A DNA stretch of 64,000 nt from Folioceros fuciformis (Eukaryota): NCBI GenBank assembly GCA_049999805.1, contig JBNGIO010006274.1, forward strand, positions 205,818-269,817, in the 5' to 3' direction. Made by a program: the position numbers and the translations under genes. Positions 23,074 through 36,932 of this stretch are shown in pieces. Under the pieces are notes generated by a model that was not told the DNA's origin, did not search any database, and worked only from the letters and a program-made list of their open reading frames with translations. The number at the start of each line of letters is the position of its first letter. The first letter of the stretch is position 1.

Positions 23074-26000
23074 ATGGAGGAGGCCATCGAGCAACTGGGT
23101 GCCAAGGACACCAAGGAGCGCATGGCCGGCGTAGAGCGGCTGCAGACGCTGCTGGAGCAGAGCCGGAAGGGCCTGTCCGCGCAGGAGGTGGCCACTCTCG
23201 TCGACACCTCCTTAGGTCTTCTGCGGGACAACAATTTCCGCGTCTGTCAGGGCACTCTTCAGGCGCTGGCATCAGCTGCGGCTCTCGCGGGAGAGCACCT
23301 CAAGCTGCATTTCAATGCGCTGCTTCCTGCCATTGTGGAGCGGCTCGGGGATGGGAAGCAGCCTGTGCGAGATGCTGCGCGTCGGCTTTTGTTGGCACTC
23401 ATGGAGGTACTGCGCGGTGTCGGCATTATCGTGTACTGTATGTGAAGGCTCTGTTTTTTCTGTCAGCCGATCGAGGGGCCGCACGCTGGTGCCGGTGCTT
23501 GTGTTGGACAGAGGGGATGGGATTAGATGGGAAGGGATGGGACTAGATGGGAAGGGATGGGACGGTCGCCCCTGTTTCTGCTTCTGCATCTGGACTTGGC
23601 TCTCGCGGGCCAGCTCTGTCATCGAATTCGTGTCATTTGCACTCTTACCGTGGGGTACCGCACGGCGCCGTATGTCGTACGATTTTGTCGCCACATTGCT
23701 TACTCTGAGGGCGGGCATTGCTGTATGTGTGCGGTTTGCTGGGGAATTGCCAACCTGTGCTGTCGCGGGCTTCATTTGACCTAGACATCCGTTCCTTGCT
23801 GGACCCGGTCACCTCCAGCAAACTGAGCTGAATCAGCGTTCTTGCTGCTGCAATAGATTGCATCCCGTCTGGGTGGCTGTGTAGAGTGTTTTATGAGCGT
23901 CGCTCAAGCGGATGGGGCCTGAATGCTGGTACCTTGTGTCCTATCCCTTGCTCGAACTGAACAGAGACCACACTGGAGCTACCCCGCCAAGTTGAAAAAT
24001 GCCCCTTTCGTTCATGTGCCAATGCTGGACACTTACTCGGAGCGCTTGTCTCTAGTTGCTATTGCTGCCCGTACATCGTGAGAAGATTTCTCGGCATCTC
24101 ATGCCACCGTTCTTGTTCCAGATTTCATCGCCCTCTATAGTGGTAGACAGAGCAGGAAGCTACGCATGGTCCCACAAGAATTGGAGGGTTCGAGAAGAAT
24201 TCGCACGTACAGTGGCGTCCGCCATCAACCTCTTTGCTGCCACTGAGCTCCCTTTCCAGCGGCTGCTACTGCCTTCCGTAATTCGTACTTCCCTTCAGAT
24301 TTTCTTTGTTCACTTAGAGGTTGATGGCTGAGCGCGATGTCCGTGGTGTGTTGACGGAATCCCGAGTGGGGGCTGCCTGTCATATCTGATGGAACCATAT
24401 TCTTCTGCAGGTTTTACAACTTTTGGAGGATTCAAACAGTAGTGCAAGAGAGGCAGCCATATTGTGCTTGGAGGTACTTCTCTTCCTTTCTATCTGATCT
24501 ATACATCGTGGAGACCGGAGCAAAGCTCTTTTGCCCGAATGTATTTTCCCGTTTGGAGCACTTTCGTGACCAGATGTTTGCAGTTTTACAAGTACGCTTG
24601 TCAACCGCTTAGAGTTCCGTGTTAGCCCTTCAGGAAATGTATCGGCAAGGTGGGTCCCAGTTCAGGGAGGAGCTGCAGCAACATCACCTGCGACCAGCAC
24701 AAGTAAGAATGAGCCTTCATGACAAAGGTAGTCGAGCCATATCAGGGCATAAAATTGCCAGCACCCTGTACTTTTGCAAGTGTCAATTTTGGATCTATCA
24801 AACAATCTTTGTACCTGTGACTTCTTGTACGGGAAAGGGTGATTTCTAATCCGAAACTCATAATGACTTCTCCCACGGTATCAGTTACAAAGATGAAGGT
24901 TCCTTGTTGTTGGAACTAGTGCTGTCTCTATGGCCCTTGGTTTCTTCTAACCTGGAACTTGTCCTGTGGATCTAAGAGACAAGGCTATTGTCCAGTATGG
25001 TAATGGCGTTTCTGCTGTTGTACAGCTGAGAGATGTAAGCTCAAGATTTGAAAAAATTGAGCCTAGGATGCGGTCATTGGATGTGGTGCCGTTGCAGTAT
25101 TCTGCGACAACAGAAGTAAAAACTGGTAATTTGACCTCTGTTGGGAGTAACAGACGTTCGAGTCCAAAACAAAAATCTTCTGTTGATGTATCATTGGCCG
25201 GAGGTAGGTTTCTTATTTATTTTATTTCTGGGATGATATGTCCGTCGTTCGTGTCTCTTGGAGAGTGTCTAGAGCGGTATGGCTCCTTCAATCTGTGAGA
25301 AACTGGAAAGTGCGTTGCTTGCTCTGAAAGCCATGTTTCGTTGGTAAAGGTGATCTGGACGGAGTAGACAAGCCTGTGGAGCCTGTCAGAATCTATTCAG
25401 AAAAGGAGCTTGCCAAGGAGATTGAGAAAGTAGCTGGCATCCTTACTCCTGACCGCGACTGGTCAGCAAGAATCGCAGCAATGCAGAGAATTGAAGGTCT
25501 TGTTTATGGAGGTGAGAAGGCAATAAAAGAAAACTCTAACAGATATCAACACGCTAACTATGTTACGGCTAGTCTATGCAGTGGTATCAAGTCTGTTTGT
25601 TAAGGTTCCTGACTTTATGGTTCTCAGGTGCGACTGAGTATCCTAGTTTTCCTAGTCTACTGAAGCAGCTCGTCGGGCCTCTCTCAGTGCAACTTTCTGA
25701 CAGGCGCTCTAGTATTGTTAAACAGGTACTACCAGGGTGTGTGTGGTCAGGCCTGATCTGAATTCTTCAGAGCCAGATCTCACTATTTGCCTGTTGTGCT
25801 TTAGATCTGTTCCGCTGTGAATTTGGCAGCTCAACAGGAGCAAAAGGCTGTCCTTTTGACTTCATACTAATGCATTTTTGCTGTTCATGGTTTATCAGGT
25901 GTGCCATCTCCTTAGTCTCCTATCAAAGGAGTTGTTATCTGATTTCGAGCAGTATGCAGAGTCCTTCATTCCGGTTTGCCCTTTCTCCTCTTAACCGTCA

Positions 26001-29000
26001 AGTTTGTTCTTCTCTCCATTTTCTTCGTATCATCCTCTGCCCGGGCCTAAGCCATTGTGGACTGGCTGTATAGGTTTTGTTTAAGCTGGTTGTGATCACA
26101 GTGCTTGTGATTGCGGAATCAGCAGACTCCTGCATAAAAACGGTGAGTATTTTCTGTGCAGGAGCCATAGTCTTATCGATGCATATTTTGTCCCATTTCC
26201 AGGATTAGTAGATGGATTTTCACAAGTCATCCTGGCTAGATCATGCATGCAGATGCTACGGAACTGTCGGGTCCAACGGGTTCTTCCACGAATTGTTGAG
26301 TGCGCAAAACATGATCGGAATGCAGTTCTACGTGCTCGGTAGTCTATTGTCTCTGCACTGTCCAGAGCTGACGGCACAGTGACCATCTTTGCTGAGTACA
26401 CACTATATTTATGCTGCAGATGTTGCGAATATGCTTTGCTTGTTTTAGAAGAATGGCCAGATGCCCCAGAGATCCAACGCTCTGCAGATCTGTACGAAGA
26501 TCTCGTGAAGTGCTGCACTGCAGATGCAATGAGTGAGGTGTGTAGCTCTTTTTCAAGCGTCCATTCATGTTGTTTCTAGGTCAACATGGATGGATTTACT
26601 TTGTCTTACTGAAGGAAGACTGTGACAGAACCAGTTTACATTGGTCCTCATGCATTCACATCATAACTTAATGGTCATGTGGATCGTTTCTAGGTTCGAG
26701 CCACTGCAAGACAGGTATACCGATTGTTTACGAGAAGTTGGCCAGAACGATCTCGTCGCCTTTTCCAACTGTTTGATCCAACTGTCCAACGAGTAAGGAT
26801 ACCTTACTAAGCACATCACCCTTTTGACTCCTCTCATTCATGCAACACAGATGACTGGTTCTGCTGAGGCAAAAGGGTGGTCATGATAGCCTCATAAGGT
26901 CCTTTCCCTGCCCGTTGCCCGTTTTCTACTGCCATTACTCATTGGCCTTACTTAGACTGGGGTCATTTCGATTGAACAGGTCATCACTGAGGAAGAGGGC
27001 AATTTGCAGAAGCGATACGCCTCACCTGCACGTCGGGATAGAGCGATTCTTCCAGTACGGCAATCTGTTTTGTCGGGGATGCCTTCTGGTAGTTCTGCCG
27101 ATCAAGCTGTGGCTGCTTCAGCCCAGATCAGTGGATCAGGTTCCAGAAGTTTAGAGAGTGTTCTACATGCCAGTCAACAGCAAGTAAATGCGATTGAGAC
27201 TTTGCTCAGAGGTGTGGATATTTCAGAGAAAAGTTTTTCCTCTGCGCCCAGGCGTGTTGACGAGAGAGAACTAGGTGACTGCAACAGTTTGATTGCTAAC
27301 GTTGAAATCTTTCTGTTGGCTGCAACGGGATTTTCTCACGCAGCTCAATTTTTCAGTGTCAGAAGCTGATCTGTGTGCTGACTTATTGTGTGATCTTAGT
27401 GGGTGGGAGCTATCGGAAAATTCATGCTGCAGCCAGTGCCATGCGTGTTGGTGTTGATCCGCCTTCTGCTCGAGACCCACCCCATCCAGCATCTGCACCA
27501 GCTCTACTCCAGGGCAGTCTTAGAGCATCGTCTTTTACGACTGGACCTGTTGCAGTTGCTTCAAGTAGTAATCTCGGCCATTCACAGATTAGTAGCTCCA
27601 TGGACTCCAGCAAAGGTGCGGGTTCTATTGGCAGCTTCAGTCGGGAAGGAGTGAGTGCAGCAAAGCGTGTTCCAATGACCAGTGATAGGGCAAGTCAAGG
27701 GGGGTTCAATCCTGAGGGATTGGAAGGGAGGGGCCCCAAACGCCTTCCCAAAGCAGATGCACAATTTGAGAAGACAGGAGCTGATCATGCATTTAGCTCC
27801 TTGCCAGGTTTTCAACGGCCGCTCCTGAGGTCAACTGTCTCTGGAAGGTCACTGGGCAGCAGTAGGAACAGTGTAGACGATAACCAGATGGTTGGTGGCA
27901 TCAATACGTTTGGGGAGATGTTTAATTATATGGATGGGCTGATGTCTTTGACTGATGCCTTGACTGAAGGACTAAGCGCCGGTGCAGATTGGTCAGCTCG
28001 AGTGGCTGCCTTCTCATATCTTAAAAAGCTTCTCCAGCAAGGAGCAAAAGGTGTCCAGGAGGTTGTCCAATGTTTTGATAGGGTTATGAGTTTATTCTCA
28101 GAACACCTAGATGATCCCCATCACAAGGTTGCCCAAGCGGCCCTTTCAACTCTTGTGGAGCTCGTGCCTGTATGCAGAAAGCCATTTGAAGCCTACCTGG
28201 AGAGAATCATTCCTCATGTTTTTGCACGACTGGTTGACTCGAAGGAGGTCATTCGACAGCTTGGCACGTCAGCTCTAGAAATTGTTGGCAACACCTACAG
28301 TATTGATTCCCTTCTGCCTGCTCTGCTGCGTTCTCTTGATGAGCAACGCTCTCCCAAGGCGAAGATAGCTGTGATTGAATTCGCTATAGCATCGTTTGCT
28401 AAACTGGCACTCAATGGTGAGGCCGCAGGAGGTAGCGGGCTGTTGAAGCTTTGGCTGGCGAAGCTGGCTCCTCTAGCAAATGAAAAGAATCCCAAATTGA
28501 AGGAAACTGCTGTGACAGGAATTATATCTGTGTACTCCCATTTTGACTCCACAACAGTACTGAACTTTATTCTTGGTCTTTCTATCGAAGAGCAGAGTTT
28601 ACTAAGGCGATCGCTGAAGCAGTACACTCCAAGAATTGAAGTCGACCTTATGACATATCTACAAAACAGGAGTCAACGGATTAGACCGAAGTCTAATAGT
28701 GACCAGCCTGAAGTGTCATTACCGACTTCAGATGAAGGTTTTGGAAGGGGGTACGGAGGTCAAATGAAGATACAAGGCCCCTCATCTGGTTCGTCCAGTG
28801 TCAACAATGTGAGAAAATGGCACTCGGTGCAGTCCGACCCTGCATATGCTGGGAATCTCACCAGCCAGTCTCCTGCATTTGATGCAAGCAATGTTCACCA
28901 TGGCTATCACGAAGTTGCAGGTGAAATGGATGAACATTTAGTCCCCAGAAAGGAGAAAAATGACATGAATGGAACCACCGGTACTTCTGGGCGGCCTCGA

Positions 29001-30990
29001 CACTGGTCTGACCAGGGGCAAAACGTGCAAGAGGGCAGTTTTGATGTTAGACGAAGCAATCATGACAGGTCCGGTCTTTCATCTTTGGGTGGCCAGGAGT
29101 CTGGACGGGCACTGCCAGACCTAGATGGGCAGATGTCCTATCTGGATGCACGGGATTCAAAAGTCAGAGACAAGTCCAACCAGGTGTCTGACACTGAAAA
29201 TGATTCAAATGTGCTCAAGCTGCTTCGACAGGTAGGGCAGCTGTCTGTAAGACGCTTACTTTTCACCTTTGAATCAGGGTTAGCTTCTGCAGATCTTGAG
29301 ATTTTGATGTTGTCTTCCTTCGTGTCCTTTTTGCAGATGTCAAACTGGGGTGATCACAAGCCAACGGCAGAAAAGTGTGAGGCTTTACAAGAAGTGCTGC
29401 AGCTTTTGCATGTGAATGATGCAACTCTTTGGTCTCAGGTTCGTGTTGCTTTGCTGAATAGTCTTGTCCTGTCAATGTTAAATATGATCAGATTCTATCA
29501 GATTCCTCTGGGATAGGATTCTGAGAAGGACTCTGGCTTTTTACTCCCTGTGATCAGTATTTCAACCAGATATTCACGGCAGTTCTGGAAGCGCTTGATG
29601 ATCCAGATCCCTCCATCAGGGAACTTGATCTTTCAGTGATTCTCGAGATGTTGTCTCATCAGGTGACTTGACAAAGTTGTTCAACAGCCTTTGATACTGT
29701 TAATTGTGTGCATTCTGTATCTGCTCAACATCTGCTTTTCGTGTCCCATCCAGAGGGAAAGGCTGGAAGAATGCACTGAAACCTTGTTGGAGAAATTATT
29801 GAACGCGACAAGGGATTCAGTCCCAAGGGTAAGTCCTTTTGTCAAGCCTTTTTGGTTAGGATATTTCTTAACTCTCAATGCAGTTCCTCAGGCCACACTG
29901 GAGCAAGGAAATCCCGCTCCCACTTTGTATACACTAGACCCACACCGTTATAATGGAACTTGCAGATCCTGCTGCATGTACATTCCGAGTTTCGCTTTGC
30001 CTCTAGCATGAAAGTCGTCCAGTCTTAATGTAGGGTCCCTGCATTTTCATCACGGTACTATTCTGCTACAAGGTTGGAATTTTTCCAGCAGAGAGGAAGC
30101 TCATTGTTAACGTACTGTACCTCGCTTGATTTGGATACAGGTCTGCAGTGCAGCGGAACGTTGTCTGCATGCTGTGTTAACTCAGTATGATCCTTACCGT
30201 TGCCTTGCTGTAAGTCTGCTTACTCCGGCTTTTCTTCTGTCTCCATGTTTTCAGTACTTTCCGCCTTTCGGATAGGATCCGTTGTGGTTGTTAAAGAAGC
30301 TTTGGCTCATTGGGCACTAATGGCTTCCAGGTTGTGGTACCTCTTCTTGTGAGTGAGGAAGAGAAGACATTGGTAACTTGCATTGGCTGTCTGACAAAGG
30401 TCTCTGATCGTAAAACCATCACGGCTTTGGGATTTGGTTTTAGGCTCTTGTGCTGATGTGTATGTCTGTGACGGTGTTATAGTTGAGATTTTAACAGGAA
30501 ATTTTAGTCTTGGCTTATGTCTGACAAGTTATATTGCAGCTTGTGAGCCGCCTTCCGTCGGAGGAGCTTATGGCTCAGCTACCTTCCTTTTTGCCGGCCT
30601 TATTTGATGCTTTCGGAAATCAGAATGCAGACGTCCGCAAGGTAAATCACGGTTGTCCAGCTCCCCTTTTTTGGCCAAGGAATGACTGTAAGGAAACTAT
30701 GAGGGACTGACTCCGTTCCCGTGCAGACTGTCGTGTTTTGTCTGGTGGATATCTACATTGTTCTTGGAAAAGCGTTTGTTCCTTACCTGGGAAGCCTTAG
30801 CAGCACCCAGTTGCGACTTGTCACCATTTATGCGAATCGGATATCTCAGGTAGGTAGCGAGTGTATTTGGTGATGTTTCTACTCAGGACACTGGGCTGAT
30901 GTTGATCAATGGGGCACGATTGAGATTTCACGCCTGGTTTTTGGATTGGATCAGGCAAGAACGGGCAATTCCATAGATGCTCCTTTGTAG
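23074..30990 (+). CDS. CLASP: CLIP-associated protein (TOG/HEAT microtubule regulator), multi-exon
   Basis: MEEAIEQLGAKDTKERMAGVERL, LLRDNNFRVCQG, QLSDRRSSIVKQ, HDRNAVLRARCCEYALLVLEEWPD, RRSLKQYTPRIEVDL, FGNQNADVRKTVVFCLVDIY, QLRLVTIYANRISQARTG. Confidence 0.97.
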
Positions 30991-32300
30991 AGCCTCCAAT
31001 GTGATATCCGAGGAGCGATTCTTTCCAGTTCTGGACTGTAGGAGATAGCTTTGTTGCGAGGGCTTGCCGTACGGGTCTGTGCTATGACGAGTTCCTTGGA
31101 CTGTTTGTGCGTTGACAATTTTCATCACCTATTGGATTCCAGGGTGTGGTAGCTGATCATATTTTGTGTGGAATAAGTTGGTCCTGGCTAACATCCTTTG
31201 CCGACTGTTTATTTATGTCAGTCCTCTTGCTGACGTAATTTAGACAGCGTCACTTCCTTCTTTGGATTGCCACCTGTTTCCGGTCGCGCATATCTTTCAT
31301 CAATCAAATGCATCTATACTGGGTTCAGAGTGTACAGCCCAGAAGCCCAGTGGAAACGACAGCCAAGATCCTGCAGGTTCTCGTGGCCTGCGCCGAAGGG
31401 CTCCTAAGGATAGAATGCCGCACCAGTCCCAGGTGGGCAGATGTCGTCACACTTGGATAGATACACTCTACACGACTAAGGCAGCACTCGCTGTCAAATC
31501 AGTACAGGTCGTTGTCGGACACTACGGTTTGACTGGACTTCACTGTATGCATTGCCACCGTACACATCAGTCACACCAAGGATGTAAACCATTGGTACAG
31601 TTTGAAAATGACTGTATGCCTGGACCCACATCCCTTTTTCGTAATCGAAATCGATTCTAGTTAGATATCGTACGTCTAGGGTTCGTTATCATTTTGTTTG
31701 TAAAGTATTTAAATAATTCTATCCATTTTTAATAGTAAAAAGATACTAAAAAATAGACTTATAAAAAAACAAGAATAAGTTATCTTTCATATGATAATTA
31801 GCTCCTCCTCGTGTTAAAATAATTGGATCTTATTTACCATCGGCATACTAACAAACACAGATTTCCACCCAATATCCCATCCTATGACCCTTGGAGTAGG
31901 ACTTCGTGCAATTGCGATCAAAAAATGTTTTTATATATATATGTATATGTACGTACGTACGTACGTATGTATGTGTTTGTTTTGGGACGCCGGGTGGTTT
32001 AATCCTAGCATTATGAAGTTGGCGACAACACCCTACCTCCCCCATTATCCACGGTAAAATTTGAATTCAAATGGGATGGGAATCCTTGGGAGGTAACGAA
32101 TCTGGCACGAAAGTTCATTCCCGTTATTCAGCTTTACACAAATTATAGGCTCTCTAGTTGGCACCGCATAAGTAACACCGGAACTTGGAGAGAGGGATGA
32201 GAGAGACTGCGCATGCTGAACTTTCTCCAGAGTCCCGACTTCTCCAGACCATCGAGTGTACCAGTTCCTGAGCTGAGGACTGGTAGCGGAGATTGCCAAG

Positions 32301-35300
32301 ATGTCAAAGGCACCCAAGGAGGTGATTCGAATCGAGCGCGAGGCCGTCATCTCGACTTTGAAAGTCAAGCTCGTGGAAAACTTAGCAGATCTCATAGGTG
32401 ACATTCCCGTGAGCAATGCGGGGTCTTCAAATTTGCCTTCTGTTCCCTTGCTCGCTTCATTTTCATGCCACTGACTACTCAGCGGTCCTGGCGCCTCACA
32501 GTGGCCGACTCCGATCGCGATGAATTCCTAAGCTTTTGCAAGCTCGCGGAGGGAGCTATCCGGGCCTGGTACCTTGCGCAGTTCGAGGAGCTCATGGTTA
32601 TACACTACTCCCTTCTGTCCGCTTCTGTAGTCTATGTCCTCAGGCAGGATCGGGTGGACCGTCCACTTACCAGTCTTTGCTTGTGCAGCAACTGTTCTCC
32701 TTGTTTGAACCAGTCTATGGCGCGCATAAGCTTATGCAGCAGGAATTGTCAGCATCTAAAGTGGACGTTCTGGAGCAGCGATTTTTGAGAATTGTGTTCG
32801 AGGTAACATCGTTCTGACTTTGATTCATGGGGGCACGAATGGAGTCGGATGCGTCGTGTCGTAATTCCATCGTCGGTGTCTTAGATTCCAAAGACTTCGG
32901 TGCTCATCGGAAGTGGGTGCTGTAGCTCATTGCCAGTACTTTTTCTTAGAAAGAAAAAAAGTAATATGATTTGTAGTTCGGATTCGTGGATCAGCACTGC
33001 AGGCTCTTGAGACAAGCCACTTCGTATAGATCGTGCTACTTGGATTCTCGGAACGTTTAATCCTCAACCCTTCCCTCCATTCTTCTTTGAGATGAATGAA
33101 AGAAAACAAGTTGTGTTCATTGGAAAGGTCGTTTCTGGTTGTCGCCCTGACCTCTAACCGAATGAAGCTCAGTAGAGGGCCTGGCATTTCCAGTGCATGA
33201 AGTACAAGGTCTCTGAAGGATGTCTATTTCCCTTAACGGGGCTGAGCTTGCTATGCGAAGTCTGATTTGCCTACTTTAGGAAGATCGTCTTGCATGTCGT
33301 TTTTGTGGTGTCGTGTCGTGTCGTTAACTTCCATGGACAGTCAAGCTATGATAAACTGAATCGCTATGCTTTCCACGGCCAATCCGAGCGTGAGTTCCCT
33401 CCAACCTCAGTAGCAGTTGCTCTGTGTGGGATTGGATGTCACAGTTGATGGAAAAAAGCAACTTCAAGATTGTTACCAAGGATGAAATTGAGGTAGCCTC
33501 ATCTGGTCAATATCTCCTCAATCTGCCAATCGCTGTGGATTTATCCAAGGTTCGTGACACTCTCCCACAGCTTGTCTCTTTCCGAAGCTTACCAAGTCCT
33601 TACACCTCATTCTTTATTCTCAGCTGGACAAGAAGCTTCTGTCAAAGTACTTCTCGGAACATCCCAAAGAAGGAATCCCTGACTTCAGCAGACAGGTTGG
33701 TTGGCACTCTTTGATTTAAGTCTAGAATGCCACATGAATCTAGCAATCAGGTGATACTCTCTAGAACTCCGGAATGTTAGCTTGGAGAGTGACTTTGACA
33801 TGAGCTTTATTGCCACTAAGAATCATTGAACTAAGAATCTCTACGATGGGTACAGTATGTCCTTTTTAGGCGTGGTGTGGGAATTGACCAAACAACAGAC
33901 TATTTTGTTTTGTCCAAGTTGAATGTGATCCTCTCACGCTGCTGGAATTGGGTGCTCCAGAAGCTCAGGTGCTTCGTTTCTTTCATGCATTCCATCTCAG
34001 AATTTGCATGCTTGCTAGAAACCGACGATCAAGGTGATTGTGAAATTCGGAACTTTTGACTACCAGGGTCAGAAAGAAAGTTGAAACTAGCAGGAAGAAC
34101 GAAGAAGCAGAAGACTTACCACTACCAAATGGTGACCTGTATGTGGAGCGCAGAAGGATAGAAAACATGGAAATCAGGTTAAATTCTTGCCCGTCGCAGG
34201 TCTCAAAGGCTCATGGAGTATGGGAGCTAGTTTGTACTCTACAGTAATTAGCATTTTCTCTTCGAATTTTCTCTGATTTCTGCTAGCTACATTACTCATT
34301 GTGCCCTGTGACTTGTCAATTTTGCCACAGCGTGGGAAATCTCTTTAAAAAGAACACGGTCCAAGAACCCACATTTGAGAGAGTGATCGTCTTGTACAGG
34401 TGCAACTGTTCACGTAACTGAACTTTTTTTCATACTTGTCGAATGCACCTCCGCTTAACTGTATGTCACGATTTGTTGTCAGCCTGGAAGTCTCATTGAC
34501 ATCATCCAAGGCAGTGTTTGACATAGTTTCTGCTTCAGTGCGGCTTCCATTGACACTGTAGCCTTGCCCTGTCATCAAGTTTGCTTGGGGCTAAGCAAGG
34601 TGTACGTGGAAAGAGGGATGTGATTCATAAGTGTTCTGTTAACAGAGCTTGTTCTGGTTTGGTGCCTGTCACACCAAACCACAGGTTGTGGTTTGGTGTG
34701 ATGCAATTACTGAGAGAAATATCAGAGCAGACCTGTACTGACGAGACTGCGTCTTCTGCAGAGGCTTAAGCATCCACCCTGATGTTGTGTATTCGTGTGG
34801 CAAGCAGAAAGGCCACTCCTCGTGGCTTTACAGCAGATCTTGGGGATCGTGCAATCCACATCAAGCATTTTAGGAACATACCGATGGCAGATATGGAGCT
34901 GGTGCTAGTGAGTGATTTCCACTGAGTGGTTCCTGCTACAGCACGCCAGTAGGGGGCCAGTGCCTTTGCTTTACGAACTGTAGGTGTCTGTTTGGCTATT
35001 CTTCTCTCGTCGTTTTTGCTAAGCGTTCTTTCCCTGTCAGCCGGAGAAGAAGAATCCAAGTCTTACACCCATGGACTGGTTGAAATTTTTCATATCTGCA
35101 GTTTTGGGTCTGGTGAGCCTTATTTGCTTGTTCATGGGCATGCTAGAGGAACTTCCTTTGAGTATGCTTGCGAACCCTGATTTCAGTGTTGTGGCAGGTT
35201 GCGTTTGTTGGTTCAATGGAAACGCATTCCCTAGACGTCTGGGTGGCTCTTGCCATTCTGGGTGGTTTTATCGGGTACTGTGGGAAGATTTATGTCACGT

Positions 35301-36267
35301 AGGATCTCAAGGCCTCTCTTGCTTTGCAGCCGCACTTTTGATTTTCTCCAAGTTTGATTCGCCTGGCTGTGAGAATTGCTTGGTTTCTGAATGATAAGTG
35401 CACACGATAAAGCTTTGTTCTGTCCTCCCACGGCTATTTCATATTTAATAGATACTTGATGATACGGCTGAGATCGTGCAGCTTGTGCAGATATGGGTAG
35501 TCGCTGAGCTACTGTGTGATCTGTGGCTGCCCTGCAGCTTCCAGAGCAATCTTCGGGAATATCAGAACCTTATCACCAAATCAATGTACGATAAGCAGCT
35601 GGACAGTGGGAAGGGGACTCTTCTCCATTTATGTGATGATGTTATCCAGCAAGAGGTTAGGAGTCACAACGTTTTGCTTTGAAGTTTTGTTCAGTGCCGC
35701 ATACGACGGCCAGCTCAGCTCAGGCAGGGCCTTGATATTAACCGCGCGGATTTCATGCTGTTGTTGAAGGTGAAGGAAGTTATCATAGCATTCTTCGTCA
35801 TGACGACGCAAGGGAGGGCGACCGTAAATGTATCAGACCATGCATACCTACATGGATTGAAATATGCTTGGAACATTCTGGTGGCTTTGGCGCTGCTACT
35901 GAGCAGCTATGTCATAAGAGCTACAGGGGAAAATGCTGACTCATGCGTTGTGTCAGGAACTTGACGCACGGTGTGAAACCCTCATGTTTGAAGAGTTTGC
36001 TGAGAAATGTGACTTCGAGGTCGATGATGCAGTCAAGAAGATGGAAAGATTGGGAATCCTTACGAAGGTAAGAGCCAATCGCCTTATATAGTACTCACGA
36101 ACATACGTTTATGGTTGCCTGACAGTACGTGTGTCTTGTTATTTATCAAAACACCGGATGTTGCGCAGGACTCCTCGGGTAGGTACTCTCATGTGTCTTT
36201 GAAACGCGCTAACCAGATATTGGGGGCTGCCCAGGAATCATTAGGGGAGAAGGATCTCGTACAGTGA
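32301..36267 (+). CDS. DUF3754 family protein (At3g19340-like), multi-exon
   Basis: [34 protein letters not shown]...[87 protein letters not shown]. Confidence 0.92.
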
Positions 36268-36932
36268 ACAGGTGATGATTTCTTTCCTATGGTTGATTTT
36301 GTTGTCGATCCGAGGAGTTCGGAGTCAAGGGGCTTTTGGAACAGTTGGCTTAGGGCCCAATGTAAAGTGGAAGGCATGCGACATTCGTTGCGGCATCGAG
36401 AGTCATTACGTGTTGTATTAAGGTTTATTTCATGGATATGTCGTCCACTGCACAGGATGAATCAAGCACAATCCTACACAACTCCGTTGTATGTCTTTAT
36501 ATCCTGATATGTAGGTTAAGGGTGGAAGAGTTCGTGTGCTTGAAGATCCCATTATTTGTGAGTGCCATTTCATGGGAGGCCCTTGTCCCCCTCCTACCTG
36601 TTTTCAAGGGGCGTTTTCCTCCTCTAAACGATACGTGATATTTCCCGCTCACCCGAAAAGGAAAACTCGATATGCACTCACGCATACATTTCTACCTTAC
36701 GGGCCTGGGCCTGGGTTTACACATACACGTATACACATATATGTCCTTGTGTATTTCCACGTCAGGTTTTTCGTGTTTCAAATACGGTGTGAAAGATATC
36801 TCACGGCGGCGGTGCGCCGTTCTGTGCAGCGAAGCTGCAGCGAAGGACTGTTTTCGTGGAGCTTGTCTGTCCATGATGGTATCATTTAGGCTTGTCCTGT
36901 AGCATAGTATCACTGATGACACTTGGGTGCGT